A stretch of 64,000 nt of DNA from an uncultured Gammaproteobacteria bacterium (lineage in GTDB: Bacteria > Patescibacteriota > Patescibacteriia > UBA1558 > GWA2-36-10). A program made the translations under genes and the position numbers. The stretch is taken from the NCBI GenBank assembly GCA_964540095.1, contig CAZILH010000001.1, positions 2,552 through 66,551 on the forward strand, given 5' to 3'. Positions 28,881-37,970 of the stretch are shown in pieces; position 1 is the first letter of the stretch; each line of letters begins with the position of its first letter. The notes beneath the pieces are model-generated. The model had not been told where the DNA came from, made no database searches, and was given only the letters and a program-made list of their open reading frames with translations.

Positions 28881-29172
28881 ATACCCTCTAGGGGTATTAT
28901 AGCAAGGGCATAAAAATACGTCAAGTGGTGGGGTGCTGGTGACTAGTTATACTTCTCGACTCTCTCTCGACGAGCTCGAGATCGCTCGAAGAAATAAGCT
29001 TTTGTTCGAGTAAGGTTATGCAAAGCATAACTGCATCGAGAACTACGTATGTTCAGAACTTCTCGACTCCACCTTTCGGTGTCGCTCGAAGAAATGTGCT
29101 CTCTCAAATATTTGACAATAATCCTAATAGGTGATATAATATAGTGTTTCCATAACCCGGGAGGTTCTTTCT

Positions 29173-29445
29173 ATGACAGACCGCAAGGGTCCTTCGCCCG
29201 TAAGTGCGCTCTGCATCTGGGTGGCGTATCTGGCGGCAATCGCACTCGAGTCCCTGCTTCTCTGCCATACTTGGTGGCAGGTCGCGGCGCTGGTGGTAAT
29301 CGGGGTCGTGGTGTTCCTGATCATTATGGTTCCAGCTGGCGTGCTCAACATCAAGCGCTATGCCTCAGTACACATCCTTCTCATCGCCATCCTCGTCCTT
29401 TCTGCCCTCGTCTACAAGGCCCTCTACAAAACCATCTTCGGGTGA
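29173..29445 (+). CDS. GC-rich cassette: small 2-3 TM membrane protein
   Basis: GGGAGG RBS; hydrophobic; terminator gccccgc...gcggggc plus T-run at ~29455-29510. Confidence 0.45.
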   Translation: MTDRKGPSPVSALCIWVAYLAAIALESLLLCHTWWQVAALVVIGVVVFLIIMVPAGVLNIKRYASVHILLIAILVLSALVYKALYKTIFG

Positions 29446-29878
29446 CAACACATCACCCAGAATGGAGATTGAGCCCCGCGGTACACACGCTGCGGGGCCT
29501 TAATTTTGTTTAATTTTAATAATAAATTGGCTAACCCAGTTAGAAATTTACCTTAGTTTGCATATTAGATGAACTTATCGGCAACTAAGTGACAATTTTA
29601 CTAATAATGTAACGTGAAATACTCAAAATAATTTCTAACTGGGCTAATATTAGCCAAATATATTGCTTCTGTAAAGAAACGATAATAAATACTGGCCTTG
29701 ACAAATACTGATAAATAATATATTATTTTATGTTATTTTAAGTACTTTAAATTACTTGCAAAAACGCGGTAGTCATAGCCAAAAACGGCTTAAAAATAGG
29801 CCTTTTCTGGCTATGACTACCAATTCCGGTGGTCCGCTGGCGCCAAATGGCACATGTGCCAAAAAAAGGAGTGAAGAC

Positions 29879-30442
29879 ATGTCTTCATATTCCGAGGGCC
29901 AAGTCCACCAGCTAGTGGACAAGCTGGAGGCCGCCGGCTACACCGCCGACGACATTACCAAGCTTGGGCAGTCCAAGCACCTGCTCGAGATCAGGGATGT
30001 CTTGAACGACCGTGCTGTCATCAGCTACCCCAAGCACCTCATCGACTGCGACGCCTTGCCCTTCACCCCCAACGGCTGGGAAGTCGTCGAGCACAAGCAG
30101 GGTGGTCAGTTAGAGTGGAACCCCGCGCGGGTGAAGCTCTATCTGGCCAAGAGTCAGAAGCCCGGCAAGCTCGTCGAGGGCAGCAAGCTCCGCAATGAGC
30201 TGGAAGGCCAGATGGTCTTGAATGCCAACCTTCTCGACTACCTGCTGAAGAACCCTGAACTCATCCCCGACGAGTGGAAGAGAAAGGGAATTTTCTTCTG
30301 GGGCACAATCTACCGTTACTCGCTCGACGGCCTGTGTGTCCGCTACCTCTACTGGGACGGCAGCAGGTGGTACTGGAGCTACCGCTGGCTCTACGACAGC
30401 TTCTATTCCAACGATCTGGCTGCAGTGTCTGCAAGTATCTAG
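29879..30442 (+). CDS. GC-rich cassette: hypothetical protein with aromatic-rich C-terminus
   Basis: AAGGAG RBS before ATG 29879; upstream TTGACA-17-TATTAT promoter (~29707-29735) and 13-bp perfect palindrome in 5' UTR; about 60% GC. Confidence 0.45.
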   Translation: MSSYSEGQVHQLVDKLEAAGYTADDITKLGQSKHLLEIRDVLNDRAVISYPKHLIDCDALPFTPNGWEVVEHKQGGQLEWNPARVKLYLAKSQKPGKLVEGSKLRNELEGQMVLNANLLDYLLKNPELIPDEWKRKGIFFWGTIYRYSLDGLCVRYLYWDGSRWYWSYRWLYDSFYSNDLAAVSASI

Positions 30443-30621
30443 GTCCCTTGGACTTTGGATCTCGGGATCTCCTTTGATCCTTGGACCCCAGTCCTCTGGA
30501 CACACACAGAAGCCTCGTACTCCCATTGCGGATGCGGGGCTTCTTCTTTTTTTAAATAAAAAAACCGATAACATCGGCCCGTCTAAGTAAATTAAAATTG
30601 ATTAAAAATATAATCAAAATA

Positions 30622-30697
30622 TGGTGTCCTTGAGAGGAATCGAACCTCTATTTAGGCCTTAGGAGAGCCTTGTTCTATCCATTGAACTACAAGGACC
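30622..30697 (-). tRNA. tRNA-Arg: tRNA-Arg (anticodon CCT), CCA encoded
   Basis: RC: GGTCCTTGTAGTTCAATGGATAGAACAAGGCTCTCCTAAGGCCTAAATAGAGGTTCGATTCCTCTCAAGGACACCA. Confidence 0.85.
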
Positions 30698-30742
30698 AAC
30701 GTTTTGTCCCTAATCTTAGCTAAAGTTTTGAGTCGTAATATA

Positions 30743-30871
30743 TTATTGAAGCATTTTGGTCAAAAACTGCGTGCGACTCTCGATCATATAAACCGCTAAA
30801 TAAATTACCAAGATTGCTCCAACAATGATTCCCAATCTTTTTAACTCTACTTTGATATTTTCATCAGTCAT
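30743..30871 (-). CDS. possible small single-TM protein (42 aa)
   Basis: ATG-initiated ORF MTDENIKVELKRLGIIVGAILVIYLAVYMIESRTQFLTKMLQ; below ORF-track cutoff. Confidence 0.2.
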   Translation of the reverse strand: MTDENIKVELKRLGIIVGAILVIYLAVYMIESRTQFLTKMLQ

Positions 30872-31003
30872 AATGGTGTTTATTAATTAATGCCGTGTAA
30901 TTTTAGTATATACGGCTGTTTTTGTCCACAATCTTTTGTTTCTTTGACAATTTTGACTCCTTAAACTAAAATTAAGGTCGTTAATTTATAATAAAAAAAT
31001 AAT

Positions 31004-31447
31004 ATGTTTGGCAAAAAAGAAACCGTAGTAAGCACAAAAAATATTGAAACAATAATCGGCCCTTCAGTGCGAGTTGAGGGTAATTTTGCTGGCGAAGGCG
31101 ACCTAATTATTGAGGGTATGCTGGTCGGCACCTTAAACACCAAGAATAACCTCAAAATCGGCTCTAGCGCCGTAGTAGAGGCCACCGTCAAAGCCAATAA
31201 CGCCTTTATTGCCGGTCGCGTAAAGGGCAACATCGCTATCAAGGGACGTCTAGAAATCACTGGCTCGGCTGTAATTGTTGGCGACATCAAAGCCGCGATT
31301 CTGTCCATAGAAAGCGGTGCCTTGATCCAGGGAAATGTAGCCATGCCTCTTAGTGAGCCAAAACATGACGAGCATCGCGCTAACCCCAAAAAAGAAGTAA
31401 AGCGAACTGAAAATGAGTTGCCAGAAGAAAAACTTTTGGAATCATAA
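31004..31447 (+). CDS. bactofilin (polymer-forming cytoskeletal protein, DUF583)
   Basis: Cytoplasmic beta-helix repeats (VEGNFAGEGDLIIEG...VKANNAFIAGRVKGNIAIKGRLEITGSAVIVGDIKA) typical of bactofilin/CcmA. Confidence 0.75.
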   Translation: MFGKKETVVSTKNIETIIGPSVRVEGNFAGEGDLIIEGMLVGTLNTKNNLKIGSSAVVEATVKANNAFIAGRVKGNIAIKGRLEITGSAVIVGDIKAAILSIESGALIQGNVAMPLSEPKHDEHRANPKKEVKRTENELPEEKLLES

Positions 31448-31455
31448 ATTTTGTT

Positions 31456-32202
31456 ATGTATCTTTACATATACGATTCATTTTTAAGTGACAAAAAATAT
31501 TCTGATCTCTTGGTCCAAATTGAAAAACGCGTCACTGATTTGGGCATCAAAGGAAGAATTGCGCGTCTTTCGATTCTAAAAAACATGAAAGAGTTGATCA
31601 CCGACGGCATCAAGTCCGGAGTTCAGACCGTGGTGGTCATTGGCAATGTCCAAACTTTTGCCAAAGTTATTAATATTGTGGCTGGCTTGGAGGTGGTGCT
31701 AGGTTTGATACCAGTAGAGAACGACAACAAGATTGCCAAGATGCTGGGCATACCACCAAAACTTTTGGCTTGCGATGTTATTGCTTCGCGCATTATAAAA
31801 AAAATTGATCTGGGGCTAATCAATGGTCATTTTTTTGTGGGGCAAGCGGAAATCAATGACGCCAATGTTTTGATTGAGTATGACGGCTACAACGTGCGAC
31901 CAACTACGGCCAACAACAATATTACTGTCTATAATTTTGCCGATAAATCAACAATACCAAATTCAACACCAGTTGATGGCATCCTTGAGGTGGTAATCAC
32001 ACCAATGAAGTCCGGGGTCTTTGGCAAAAAAAATATTACTGGCACTATTTTACCTTTTTCCAAAATAAAAATAAGTACTGATGGCGAGGAGCAGGTCTCT
32101 ATCTTGACTGACGAACAAGTGATTATGAAAACTCCAGCCGAGATAAGTGTGGCACCTCAAAAACTCCGGGTGATAGTGGGTCCGGAAAGATGCTTTGAAT
32201 AA
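31456..32202 (+). CDS. putative lipid/diacylglycerol kinase catalytic-domain protein (NAD kinase/DAGK_cat superfamily)
   Basis: Weak resemblance only; about 248 aa soluble protein. Confidence 0.35.
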   Translation: MYLYIYDSFLSDKKYSDLLVQIEKRVTDLGIKGRIARLSILKNMKELITDGIKSGVQTVVVIGNVQTFAKVINIVAGLEVVLGLIPVENDNKIAKMLGIPPKLLACDVIASRIIKKIDLGLINGHFFVGQAEINDANVLIEYDGYNVRPTTANNNITVYNFADKSTIPNSTPVDGILEVVITPMKSGVFGKKNITGTILPFSKIKISTDGEEQVSILTDEQVIMKTPAEISVAPQKLRVIVGPERCFE

Positions 32203-32232
32203 AATCTAATTGAAGATGTACAAAAAAACCGC

Positions 32233-32931
32233 CTAAGTTGAGGCGGTCTTTTTTTTGAAACCCAGCACCATATATTGCTGGAGTATTGAGAAAAGTGTAG
32301 TAAATAGCCAATAAAGCGTCAAACCAGCGGGCAAGTTGCCACCAATGACAATCGTAAAAATCGGCATAAAATAAATCATTTGGTTGGTCATCATTTTGGA
32401 CATGCCGGTTTGCTGTGATTTGCCCATCAACATCTTGGACTGCCAGAATTGAGCCGCGCCAGCCAATATAGCGATAATCCAATTCTTGCTGGCCAAATTT
32501 ATAAAACCAAAGGCAATTATGTTTAGCTGTCCGGGATTCTGGACAAAAGAATATAGCAGGTCGCCGTTACCATTGTCTTTGGTCAAGCCGTTTAAGAAGA
32601 CCTGGTAGAGGGCAATCAAAAATGGTAATTGGATTAGCGTTGGCAAGCAAGAAGAAAATGGATTTATTTTTCTTTCTTTGTAGAGAGCCATGAGCTCGGG
32701 CGCCATCTTTTCCTTGTCGTCTTTGTATTTTTCTTTGATCTTTTCTATTTCCGGCTGAATAGTTTGCAATTCTTTTTGGGACTTGATGGCTTTTTTGGAA
32801 AAGGGATACAAAATCAATCTAATGATCAGGGTTATTAGAATAATAGCCACACCCAAATCGTGACCAGGGACCAGGTTGTATAAAAAAATTAATAAGTTGT
32901 AAATTGGCTGATAAAAAATTGTAGTAAACAT
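32233..32931 (-). CDS. yidC: membrane protein insertase YidC (short form)
   Basis: Five predicted TM helices, conserved region after TM1 (MQPEIEKIKEKYKDDKEKM); downstream of rnpA-yidD. Confidence 0.85.
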   Translation of the reverse strand: MFTTIFYQPIYNLLIFLYNLVPGHDLGVAIILITLIIRLILYPFSKKAIKSQKELQTIQPEIEKIKEKYKDDKEKMAPELMALYKERKINPFSSCLPTLIQLPFLIALYQVFLNGLTKDNGNGDLLYSFVQNPGQLNIIAFGFINLASKNWIIAILAGAAQFWQSKMLMGKSQQTGMSKMMTNQMIYFMPIFTIVIGGNLPAGLTLYWLFTTLFSILQQYMVLGFKKKTAST

Positions 32932-32932
32932 A

Positions 32933-33208
32933 TTATTTTATTGGATCAATTCCACCCTTTGACCAAGGATTACAGCGCAGTATGCGCCAAAGTGATAAAT
33001 AAATTCCTTTTATGGTTCCGTGTTTTTCAAATGCTTGTCGACTGTATTCTGAACAATGCGGATGAAAGCGACAAAAACCATGAGGGAAAAATATTTTTAA
33101 CCACCCTTGGTCTGGTGAAAGTGTTTTTTGATAAATTTTAATTAAAAAAATAAATATACTAGCCAACAATCGGTCGATTGTCTTTATTACTTTTAACATT
33201 ACTTTCAA
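32933..33208 (-). CDS. yidD: membrane protein insertion efficiency factor YidD
   Basis: CRFHPHCSEYSRQAFEKHGTIKGIYLSLWRILRCNPWSKGGIDP matches YidD consensus. Confidence 0.8.
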   Translation of the reverse strand: MKVMLKVIKTIDRLLASIFIFLIKIYQKTLSPDQGWLKIFFPHGFCRFHPHCSEYSRQAFEKHGTIKGIYLSLWRILRCNPWSKGGIDPIK

Positions 33209-33545
33209 TATACAGGCGCGTTGTTTTTAAAGCAAATTGGAATTGTTTCTGCAGATCTCGCAGAGTAAGCTCAGCACAACTTTTTTTGGCTATAAATAAG
33301 AGATCCACGCCGGTCTTAATTTTGGTCAGCTCTGGTCTGATGGCTTCCCGCATACGACGCTTGGTTTTGTTTCTGATAACAGCCCGTTTATCTACCTTGG
33401 TAGAAACCACAAAACCCAGACGCAGTAGGTTTTGGTTATTATATTGATATTTTAGCGTTAATTGGGGTAAAAAAAAAGTTTTGCCCCCTCGGACCAAGTT
33501 TTTGATATCCTTATCTGCGTGTAGCCTAAATTTTTTAGGCAACAT
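33159..33545 (-). CDS. rnpA: ribonuclease P protein component
   Basis: Basic about 128-aa protein with RNR-like motif (KTKRRMREAIR); positioned between rpmH and yidD. Confidence 0.85.
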   Translation of the reverse strand: MLPKKFRLHADKDIKNLVRGGKTFFLPQLTLKYQYNNQNLLRLGFVVSTKVDKRAVIRNKTKRRMREAIRPELTKIKTGVDLLFIAKKSCAELTLRDLQKQFQFALKTTRLYIESNVKSNKDNRPIVG

Positions 33546-33548
33546 AAT

Positions 33549-33689
33549 TTAGAGACTTATTTTCTTTCGGCCCCTAGCTTTTCGTCTTTTTAAGACCTTG
33601 CGACCATCTTTGGTGGCCATGCGCTTCATAAAGCCGTGTTTTCTGGCTCTTTTTCTTTTCTTTGGTTGGTATGTCCTTTTTGTTGCCAT
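33549..33689 (-). CDS. rpmH: 50S ribosomal protein L34
   Basis: Unannotated 46-aa [49 protein letters not shown] matching L34 consensus. Confidence 0.85.
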   Translation of the reverse strand: MATKRTYQPKKRKRARKHGFMKRMATKDGRKVLKRRKARGRKKISL

Positions 33690-33848
33690 ATAAAATTAAA
33701 TTACCTAAATAAAATAACATATTTACTTAATTTAATCAAGGGGAGCCCTTGGCTCAGCTATACCCACATTTTATTAACAATTTATACACTTTCAATCTTA
33801 TTTGAGCATTTAAAAATATGTGGTATATTTACTGCAGTTTGTAAAAAC
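33690..33848. promoter_or_regulatory. oriC: candidate chromosomal replication origin (oriC) / dnaA promoter region
   Basis: AT-rich intergenic between divergent rpmH and dnaA; degenerate DnaA-box-like 9-mers (ATACCCACA, TTATACACT); second box-like cluster (TTATCAACA, TGCCCACA) in dnaA-dnaN spacer 35220-35452. Confidence 0.45.
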
Positions 33849-35219
33849 ATGGATAATTACGAAAAAATTTGGCAAAGTGTCCTTGGTCAACTGGAATTGT
33901 TGATCAGTAGGGCTAATTTTACCACCTGGTTCAAAAATACTTTTTTGGCCGAGTTTGATAACCAGCAAGTTGTGGTTGGGGTGCCCAATTCCTTTACCAA
34001 GGTTTGGTTAGAAAAAAAATACCACGACCATATTACTAAAGCCCTAGAAGACACCTTATCAAAAAGTAATCTACAAGTTATCTACAGGGTCGAAAATAGA
34101 GAAAATTTAGCTAATATTAGCAAAAATGTTGAGATTGTTGATAAGCCAATTGAGGAGCTTGTGCACAGTCCAAGTCCACAGCCAAAAACAAGCAATAAGT
34201 ATGGTTTAAACCAAAATTATACCTTTAATTCCTTTGTTGTTGGTCCAGGTAATGAGCTGGCCCAGGCAGCGGCCATGGCCGCCGCCCAAAAACCAGGGGA
34301 AATGTATAATCCTTTGTTTATATATGGTGGCGTTGGTTTGGGCAAAACTCACCTAGCTCAGGCCGTTGGCAACTATATTTTGGCTAAAAATCCACAAAAA
34401 AAGGTGCTTTATATAAACAGTGAGAAATTCACCAATGACTTTATTTTTGCCATAAAAAGGGGTCAAACAGACGAATTTAAGAACATTTATCGCAATGTAG
34501 ACGTCTTATTAATAGACGATATTCAGTTTATTGCCGGAAAAGAGCAGACACAAGAGGAGTTTTTTCATACTTTCAATGCTCTACACCAAAATAATAAGCA
34601 AATTGTACTTTCTTCTGATCGGCCACCAAAAGCGCTTGGCGGTGTGGAAAATAGACTAATTTCCCGCTTTGAGTGGGGTATGATTGCTGATATTTCTTTC
34701 CCAGACCTAGAAACTAGAGTGGCTATTTTGGAAATAAAATGCCAACAAAAAAATTATCATTTAGAAAAAGCTTTGACCCAGCTAGTGGCCGAAAGCATTC
34801 AAGAAAATATTCGTGAGCTAGAAGGAGCGCTAAACAGGATTATTGCTTTTCACCAACTGAACAATACGCGACCATCTTTAGAAAGTGTGCGCTCATTGTT
34901 GGGCGGTATTTCCGCTAATCCAAAAAAAGCCGGACTAACCACTAAAAAATTATTAAAAACTGTTATTGAATTTTTTGATATCAGCATGGACGAGTTGCTT
35001 GGTGCTAGTCGCAAAAAAGAATTGGTCATGCCCCGACAAATTGCCATGTACTTGATGCGCGAGCAACTGAAATCATCTTTCCCAAACATTGGACACGAGA
35101 TTGGCAGTCGCGATCACACCACGGCCATGCATGCTTGTGTAAAAATATCTGAATTAGTGGCGACCGATGAGCGCGTAAAAAACGACATTGCTGTGCTCAA
35201 ACAAAAGCTCTATGAATAA
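33849..35219 (+). CDS. dnaA: chromosomal replication initiator protein DnaA
   Basis: AAA+ Walker A GGVGLGKTHL, sensor motifs, C-terminal DNA-binding domain; start set at MDNYEKIWQ. Confidence 0.9.
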   Translation: MDNYEKIWQSVLGQLELLISRANFTTWFKNTFLAEFDNQQVVVGVPNSFTKVWLEKKYHDHITKALEDTLSKSNLQVIYRVENRENLANISKNVEIVDKPIEELVHSPSPQPKTSNKYGLNQNYTFNSFVVGPGNELAQAAAMAAAQKPGEMYNPLFIYGGVGLGKTHLAQAVGNYILAKNPQKKVLYINSEKFTNDFIFAIKRGQTDEFKNIYRNVDVLLIDDIQFIAGKEQTQEEFFHTFNALHQNNKQIVLSSDRPPKALGGVENRLISRFEWGMIADISFPDLETRVAILEIKCQQKNYHLEKALTQLVAESIQENIRELEGALNRIIAFHQLNNTRPSLESVRSLLGGISANPKKAGLTTKKLLKTVIEFFDISMDELLGASRKKELVMPRQIAMYLMREQLKSSFPNIGHEIGSRDHTTAMHACVKISELVATDERVKNDIAVLKQKLYE

Positions 35220-35452
35220 ACTGTTGATTAGTTAGAGCGAAGCTGTGGGCATCTCTTTAAAAATAATTTTTTTCTAAAACTAAAACCAAAATTTCTTTTT
35301 TCTACACAGAGTTATCAGGTGGTGGTGCACAAGGAGAGTTGATAAATAATTGCAAAATCACTGAACAAATACTTTATACAGCGCTAACTTATCAACATAT
35401 GCACCGTGCCTACTACGGCTATATAATATATATATAAATTAATAATAAGTAT

Positions 35453-36559
35453 ATGAAAATCATTTGTACGCAAGAAAATTTAAATTATGGATTGGGGTTG
35501 GTCTCACATATTGCCAATAAAAACAGTAATTTACCCATATTAAACAACGTTTTGATAAAAGCCGAGAAAGAAGGCATTACTTTAATAACCACTGACCTAG
35601 AGATTGGTGTAAAGGTTTTTGTACGCAGTAAAGTAGAGGAGGAGGGCGCCTTTACTGTGGATGCCAAACTATTAAACAGCTTTATTAATTTATTGCCAAA
35701 AGAAAATATTATCCTGACCCTGGGCGAGGACAATAGCTTGGAAGTGAAAAGCAAAAATCAAGACACGGCCATTCGCGGTATGGAAGCTGAGGATTTTCCC
35801 CTTATACCAGAAATCTCCAAAGACAACGAAATTGAGGTTTCGTCCTTGGACCTTAAAAAAAGTTTGAGCCAAGTAATATTTGCCGCCTCACTAGACAACA
35901 CTAGGGTGGAAATAAATGCGGTTAATTTTAATTTCAAAGGAGAACAATTGACCTTGGCCGCTACCGATAGCTATCGTCTGGCTGAAAAGAAAATAAAAAT
36001 TGCCAACCAGAGCAAAGAAAGCAATTTGATAATCCCCCTAAAAACCCTCCAAGAATTACTGCGCATTTTAAATGAAAATTCGGAAAAAAGTTTAAAAATA
36101 TATTTTAATGAAAATCAAATAATGTTTTCACTGGATGGTGTGGAGTTGGTCTCGCGGGTGATTGATGGCAACTATCCGGACTACAAGCAAATTATTCCTG
36201 ATAAATTTAACACCAACATCAAGTGTGATGCCGATAAATTGTTGCCAGCCATAAAAGCGGTGTCGCTTTTTTGTAAGCAGGGGATTAATGATATTCGGGT
36301 TAGTTTTGATAATGCCACTAACGAAATTGTTATTACCACCGCCTCATCGCACGCCGGCAAAAGCTTAGCCAAGGTGCCAGCCGAAATAAAAGGAGAAAAT
36401 AACGACATTATTTTTAACTACCGCTACATTATAGACGGACTAAATAATATTGATCAAAAAGAGGTGTTTATTAATATAAACAACAACACCTCCCCAGGAC
36501 TAATAGGGCCAGTGGGTCAGGAGGACTATATTTATTTGGTTATGCCCATTAGGCAATAG
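35453..36559 (+). CDS. dnaN: DNA polymerase III beta sliding clamp
   Basis: Three-domain clamp about 368 aa, N-terminus MKIICTQENLNYGLGLV; follows dnaA. Confidence 0.9.
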   Translation: MKIICTQENLNYGLGLVSHIANKNSNLPILNNVLIKAEKEGITLITTDLEIGVKVFVRSKVEEEGAFTVDAKLLNSFINLLPKENIILTLGEDNSLEVKSKNQDTAIRGMEAEDFPLIPEISKDNEIEVSSLDLKKSLSQVIFAASLDNTRVEINAVNFNFKGEQLTLAATDSYRLAEKKIKIANQSKESNLIIPLKTLQELLRILNENSEKSLKIYFNENQIMFSLDGVELVSRVIDGNYPDYKQIIPDKFNTNIKCDADKLLPAIKAVSLFCKQGINDIRVSFDNATNEIVITTASSHAGKSLAKVPAEIKGENNDIIFNYRYIIDGLNNIDQKEVFININNNTSPGLIGPVGQEDYIYLVMPIRQ

Positions 36560-36574
36560 CTTGTGGAAATGTTT

Positions 36575-36725
36575 TTTGGCAAATTATTATAAATTTGCTA
36601 TAATATATGGACACTCGAAAATCCCTGCGTCGAACAGGAGTTTCTCGGGCGCTATAGAGATATGTAATTTCAGAAATGAAGCAAAAAACATCCGTGCGCG
36701 ATCTAGGGTGTTTTTTGTTTAAAAA
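36575..36725 (+). ncRNA. small promoter-terminator unit downstream of dnaN (about 100-nt transcript), candidate sRNA or micro-ORF (16 aa)
   Basis: TTGGCA-17-TATAAT promoter ~36578-36606, terminator acatcc...gggtgt plus TTTTTT at ~36695-36720. Confidence 0.25.
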
Positions 36726-36734
36726 AAATTCCCC

Positions 36735-36771
36735 CGCCCCTGGACTGTGGTCCGGGTGGGGCGGGGGTAAG
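36735..36771 (-). terminator. intrinsic terminator of GC-rich basic-protein gene
   Basis: 10-bp stem cccccgcccc/ggggcggggg, A-run upstream on plus strand (T-run on minus). Confidence 0.6.
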
Positions 36772-36787
36772 AAGCGGCATGAGCCCG

Positions 36788-37348
36788 CTACTTCTTGGGC
36801 TTGGTTCTGGCCTTGGCCTTGGTCAGGGCCAAGGCAAAGCGCTGGAAGGCGCGCTTGACCTGGCGCTCGTAGACCAGGCCATAACGCTTGGCCAGGCGCC
36901 GGCCTTCGCGCTCCAGAGCACGATCATCACTTCTGAGTTGCATCCACACCTCGTGGAGGTGTGAGGTCTGCGCTGGCTTGATGCGGAAATCAACGTGCCG
37001 ACGGCGCTTTCCACTGCCACGGTGGCGGGGTTGCTGGGCCAGCCGTTTGCGTAGCTTGCCCTGCCTGGAGCGCAAGCCACGGACCTCTTGCCGTAGACGA
37101 GAACACTGGGCCGACTGGCGCTTGTTGGCGGCCTCCAGGCGTGAGACCCTGGCCCGAGACATTGCCAGGTCAGCGGCCAGGTCTTTGAGCGCCTTTTTCA
37201 CTAGACGCTCAAAGCGCGTTTGCTCAGCAGCGGCCGAGCGGCGCAGACCGGCTAGGGTTTGTTTTCGACGAGTCACGTAAGGACCCTCCTGGTGTTGGGG
37301 TGGAACAGCGGCTGAATTGCCGAACATTATCTTATACACCATAATCAC
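36788..37348 (-). CDS. GC-rich cassette (about 66% GC): highly basic Arg-rich coiled-coil protein
   Basis: TTGACA-17-TATAAG promoter upstream (RC of ~37349-37400); Arg/Lys-rich heptad-like sequence; other-frame ORFs considered GC artefacts. Confidence 0.45.
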   Translation of the reverse strand: MIMVYKIMFGNSAAVPPQHQEGPYVTRRKQTLAGLRRSAAAEQTRFERLVKKALKDLAADLAMSRARVSRLEAANKRQSAQCSRLRQEVRGLRSRQGKLRKRLAQQPRHRGSGKRRRHVDFRIKPAQTSHLHEVWMQLRSDDRALEREGRRLAKRYGLVYERQVKRAFQRFALALTKAKARTKPKK

Positions 37349-37401
37349 GTTTTTGTCAATAGTAAATTGCCCAGATATTTTAAATTTGTTATTATAAGGG
37401 C

Positions 37402-37968
37402 ATGATAGCTTATTTAAAAGGAAGTGTATTAAAAAAAGACCAAAAAGCCACCATAATAAACGTTAATGGTGTTGGTTATGAGGTTTTTTTAAAAAACAAA
37501 GACATTGCCAACCTCCAGGTTAACGAATTTGTGGAGTTTTTTATTCATTCTTATATAAAAGAAGACGCCCTAGATCTTTACGGTTTTGTTAATCCCGAAG
37601 AACTGGTTTTTTTCAAACAACTACTTCAGGTGTCTGGTATTGGTCCTAGGACGGCCATGAGTGTTATGTCTTTAGCCGAAGTGCTAGATTTGAAGCGAGC
37701 CATCACCAGTGGCAACCCCAGCTTCTTGCAACAGGTCTCTGGTATTGGCAAAAAAACAGCTGAGCGCCTAGTGGTGGAGCTGAAAGAAAAATTTATTGAC
37801 GAGGTGTCAGCCGATGGCGCTCTTATCAACACTGATCAACAAGTAATATCAGCCCTGGTTTCCTTGGGATACAAAGAGCGCGAGGTCATGGAAATGACCA
37901 GGGGCTTAGAACTTGAGGGCGACTTGTCAGACAAAATAAAACAGGTCTTAAAAAATACCAAAAAATAA
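37402..37968 (+). CDS. ruvA: Holliday junction branch migration complex subunit RuvA
   Basis: MIAYLKGSV...VNGVGYEV N-terminus, HhH motifs LLQVSGIGPRTAMSVMS / VSGIGKKTAERLV. Confidence 0.9.
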   Translation: MIAYLKGSVLKKDQKATIINVNGVGYEVFLKNKDIANLQVNEFVEFFIHSYIKEDALDLYGFVNPEELVFFKQLLQVSGIGPRTAMSVMSLAEVLDLKRAITSGNPSFLQQVSGIGKKTAERLVVELKEKFIDEVSADGALINTDQQVISALVSLGYKEREVMEMTRGLELEGDLSDKIKQVLKNTKK

Positions 37969-37970
37969 TT

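Noticed and set aside
30961-31389. 142-aa minus-strand ORF
   Set aside because: Fully antisense to the well-supported bactofilin gene 31004-31447
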